Origin: a virus
Lineage: Duplodnaviria > Caudoviricetes
Virus record (IMG/VR): IMGVR_UViG_3300032212_000677
Coordinates: 1-36,462 of that record
Direction: 5' to 3' (one strand)
DNA length: 36,462 bases
Within the stretch, counting starts at the first letter, position 1. The number at the start of each line of letters is the position of its first letter. The position numbers and the translations under genes are program-made. Of this stretch, positions 35,144-36,462 are shown one piece after another. Below the pieces are notes generated by a model. That model ran no database searches. It saw only the letters and a program-made list of their open reading frames with translations, and was not told the DNA's origin.

Positions 35144-35250
35144 CTTTCCTCCCTGTCCAGCCGTCGCATCGTAAGACCTGTGCGCCTGACGCGGCTGACA
35201 GCACTGGCCGGGTGCCCGTTCTTTCCTCCCTGGGCACCCGGCTTTTTTCT
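35131..35250 (+). ncRNA. candidate sRNA/structured element with two anti-SD (UUUCCUCCCU) loops
   Basis: CTTTCCTCCCTG at 35144-35155 and 35221-35232, each in a predicted hairpin loop; ends in a U-tract. Confidence 0.5.
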
Positions 35251-35409
35251 TTCCTGACGCGGCTGGCACGCGGGCGCGTCTCCAGCCACCCAAAACCACC
35301 ACTCACAACAAACGCGCCCGCAACGTTTCACTGCCAGCTCTGGCCAGGCTGCGCCTGCCCCGGCGGCACCCACCACCCGGACTGCCTCGGCCTGAAAGGA
35401 CATGTTTGA
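35140..35409 (+). CDS. doubtful ORF with Cys-rich C-terminus
   Basis: ATGA overlap upstream and abuts the next ATG, but spans a terminator hairpin. Confidence 0.35.
   Translation: MTFLPVQPSHRKTCAPDAADSTGRVPVLSSLGTRLFSFLTRLARGRVSSHPKPPLTTNAPATFHCQLWPGCACPGGTHHPDCLGLKGHV
35207..35248 (+). terminator. intrinsic terminator
   Basis: GCCGGGTGCCC-N14-GGGCACCCGGC followed by TTTTTT. Confidence 0.8.
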
Positions 35410-35610
35410 ATGGCAGATCACATAACATCCGCACAGTATAAGCTTGGCGTTGATATCGGTCATGCGCTCTGCGCTGCCATAGGCTCATGGGCGACACATG
35501 ACCATGTGATTGCCACGCTGGAGCATTGCCTAACCGTTGCCCGGTGCAACCGCGACATGGGCATTCCAGAGGCGGCGTTCGTCGCGCCCGCATTCCCAAC
35601 CAAAGGGTGA
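35410..35610 (+). CDS. hypothetical protein
   Basis: SD AAAGGA; 66 aa. Confidence 0.55.
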   Translation: MADHITSAQYKLGVDIGHALCAAIGSWATHDHVIATLEHCLTVARCNRDMGIPEAAFVAPAFPTKG

Positions 35611-35617
35611 TCTTGCA

Positions 35618-35791
35618 ATGTTCGCAATCCAGGATGGCCAGCACTTTTTTCTCTACGCCACCGCTACGCAAGAGGATCCCGACGAAGTCGTGCGGTGTCC
35701 GCTACCCGTGAACGGTGACTTCGACCTGCTAGGCGCCAAACGAGCACGGCACTGGTTCCGCCAATCCCGCCCGGAAGTGGATCTGTCATGA
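35618..35791 (+). CDS. hypothetical protein
   Basis: ATG 35618 after AAGGG; ATGA overlap with the next gene. Confidence 0.55.
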   Translation: MFAIQDGQHFFLYATATQEDPDEVVRCPLPVNGDFDLLGAKRARHWFRQSRPEVDLS

Positions 35792-36012
35792 AACTGACCA
35801 TCGAACCGACCGACGAGTTCGTGAAGATCGAGGGCGCGTCCTGCCGCATCTGGACCGGCGAAGACGAGGCTGGAACGCCCGTGCATGTCTACGTCCGAAC
35901 CGTTTCGCCGCAGACACACGATAAAGATCGGCTTGAGGCATTCGACGCCGCCCTGAAGGCGCTGCCTCAGATGGAACCCGGCGCGATCGACTACCGCTTC
36001 GTGGTGGACTGA
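35788..36012 (+). CDS. conserved phage hypothetical protein
   Basis: MKLTIEPT...CRIWTG....G.PVH..V pattern. Confidence 0.75.
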   Translation: MKLTIEPTDEFVKIEGASCRIWTGEDEAGTPVHVYVRTVSPQTHDKDRLEAFDAALKALPQMEPGAIDYRFVVD

Positions 36013-36015
36013 GCG

Positions 36016-36309
36016 ATGACCGACCCGAGGAAGCCCGCCCTTGACCCTACCGCCGCCGCGCGGATTGACCGAACCTTGCAGCGGATCGCCAGCGGCCTGT
36101 CATCCGGCCCGGCCCTGATGCCCTTCGCCGCCGCCCGCACTCTGCACCAGCAACTGCTGGACACGCACGAGGCGGAACACATCCACCGCCACGGCGCGCG
36201 GCAGTTCGTCATGCACGGCATCGCCGTCGCCTCCGAAGGCCTGCCTTACGCCGATCTGATGAACTGGCACTCCGCCGGCCGCGCGGCGCTGAACGGCGGT
36301 GCGGCATGA
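36016..36309 (+). CDS. hypothetical protein
   Basis: 97-aa ORF in operon context. Confidence 0.7.
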   Translation: MTDPRKPALDPTAAARIDRTLQRIASGLSSGPALMPFAAARTLHQQLLDTHEAEHIHRHGARQFVMHGIAVASEGLPYADLMNWHSAGRAALNGGAA

Positions 36310-36366
36310 AGCAGATGGCCCAAAAGGCGCCGATCCCGGCGGACATGTTGATCCGGGAGTGGCCCA

Positions 36367-36462
36367 ATGCCTAAGCGCGTTCAGATGACCCGCCAACGGC
36401 CATGGCGAAAGGACCATCCCAATGCCGTGATCGTCGCTCGCGGGCCGGGCGGAAGGTATGGC
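36367..36462 (+). CDS. DUF4326-like protein, partial (runs off the window)
   Basis: MPKRVQMTRQRPWRKDHPNAVIVARGPGGRYG N-terminal pattern; SD GGGAG. Confidence 0.65.
   Translation, partial: MPKRVQMTRQRPWRKDHPNAVIVARGPGGRYG

Larger units (their letters stand above)
1..36462. mobile_element. temperate HK97-like siphovirus/prophage, incomplete; ends not visible
   Basis: Complete head-tail-lysis, replication and immunity modules in lambdoid order. Confidence 0.95.

Overview
The window is most of a temperate, cos-type siphovirus (prophage or phage contig), most likely of an alphaproteobacterial (Rhodobacteraceae-like) host; the host assignment is inferred from gene content. The minus strand from ~32600 down to ~3650 carries, in order: cro/cII-like regulators, a DNA methyltransferase, a ParB-like gene, primase and helicase, an iteron-rich putative origin, a Q-position regulator, HNH, terminase, an HK97-type head, a non-contractile tail with a lambda-type G/GT frameshift, a beta-helix tailspike and a lysis cassette. 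The left end (1-3650) is accessory: a J-domain-like gene, a small serine resolvase with 12-bp repeats and a Stf0-like sulfotransferase moron. The right end (32700-36462) has a short XRE repressor with four GTTCA-N7-TGAAC operators and small early genes. No integrase, att site, tRNA or CRISPR was seen. The most unusual observations are: (1) a convergent 68-aa ORF whose N-terminus resembles the repressor's own C-terminal helices (candidate mimic antirepressor); (2) a candidate anti-Shine-Dalgarno-loop sRNA; (3) the sulfotransferase moron; (4) a multi-TM/lysozyme fusion; (5) a membrane protein paired tail-to-tail with a proline-rich peptide. All family calls come from motif recognition by eye, not database searches.
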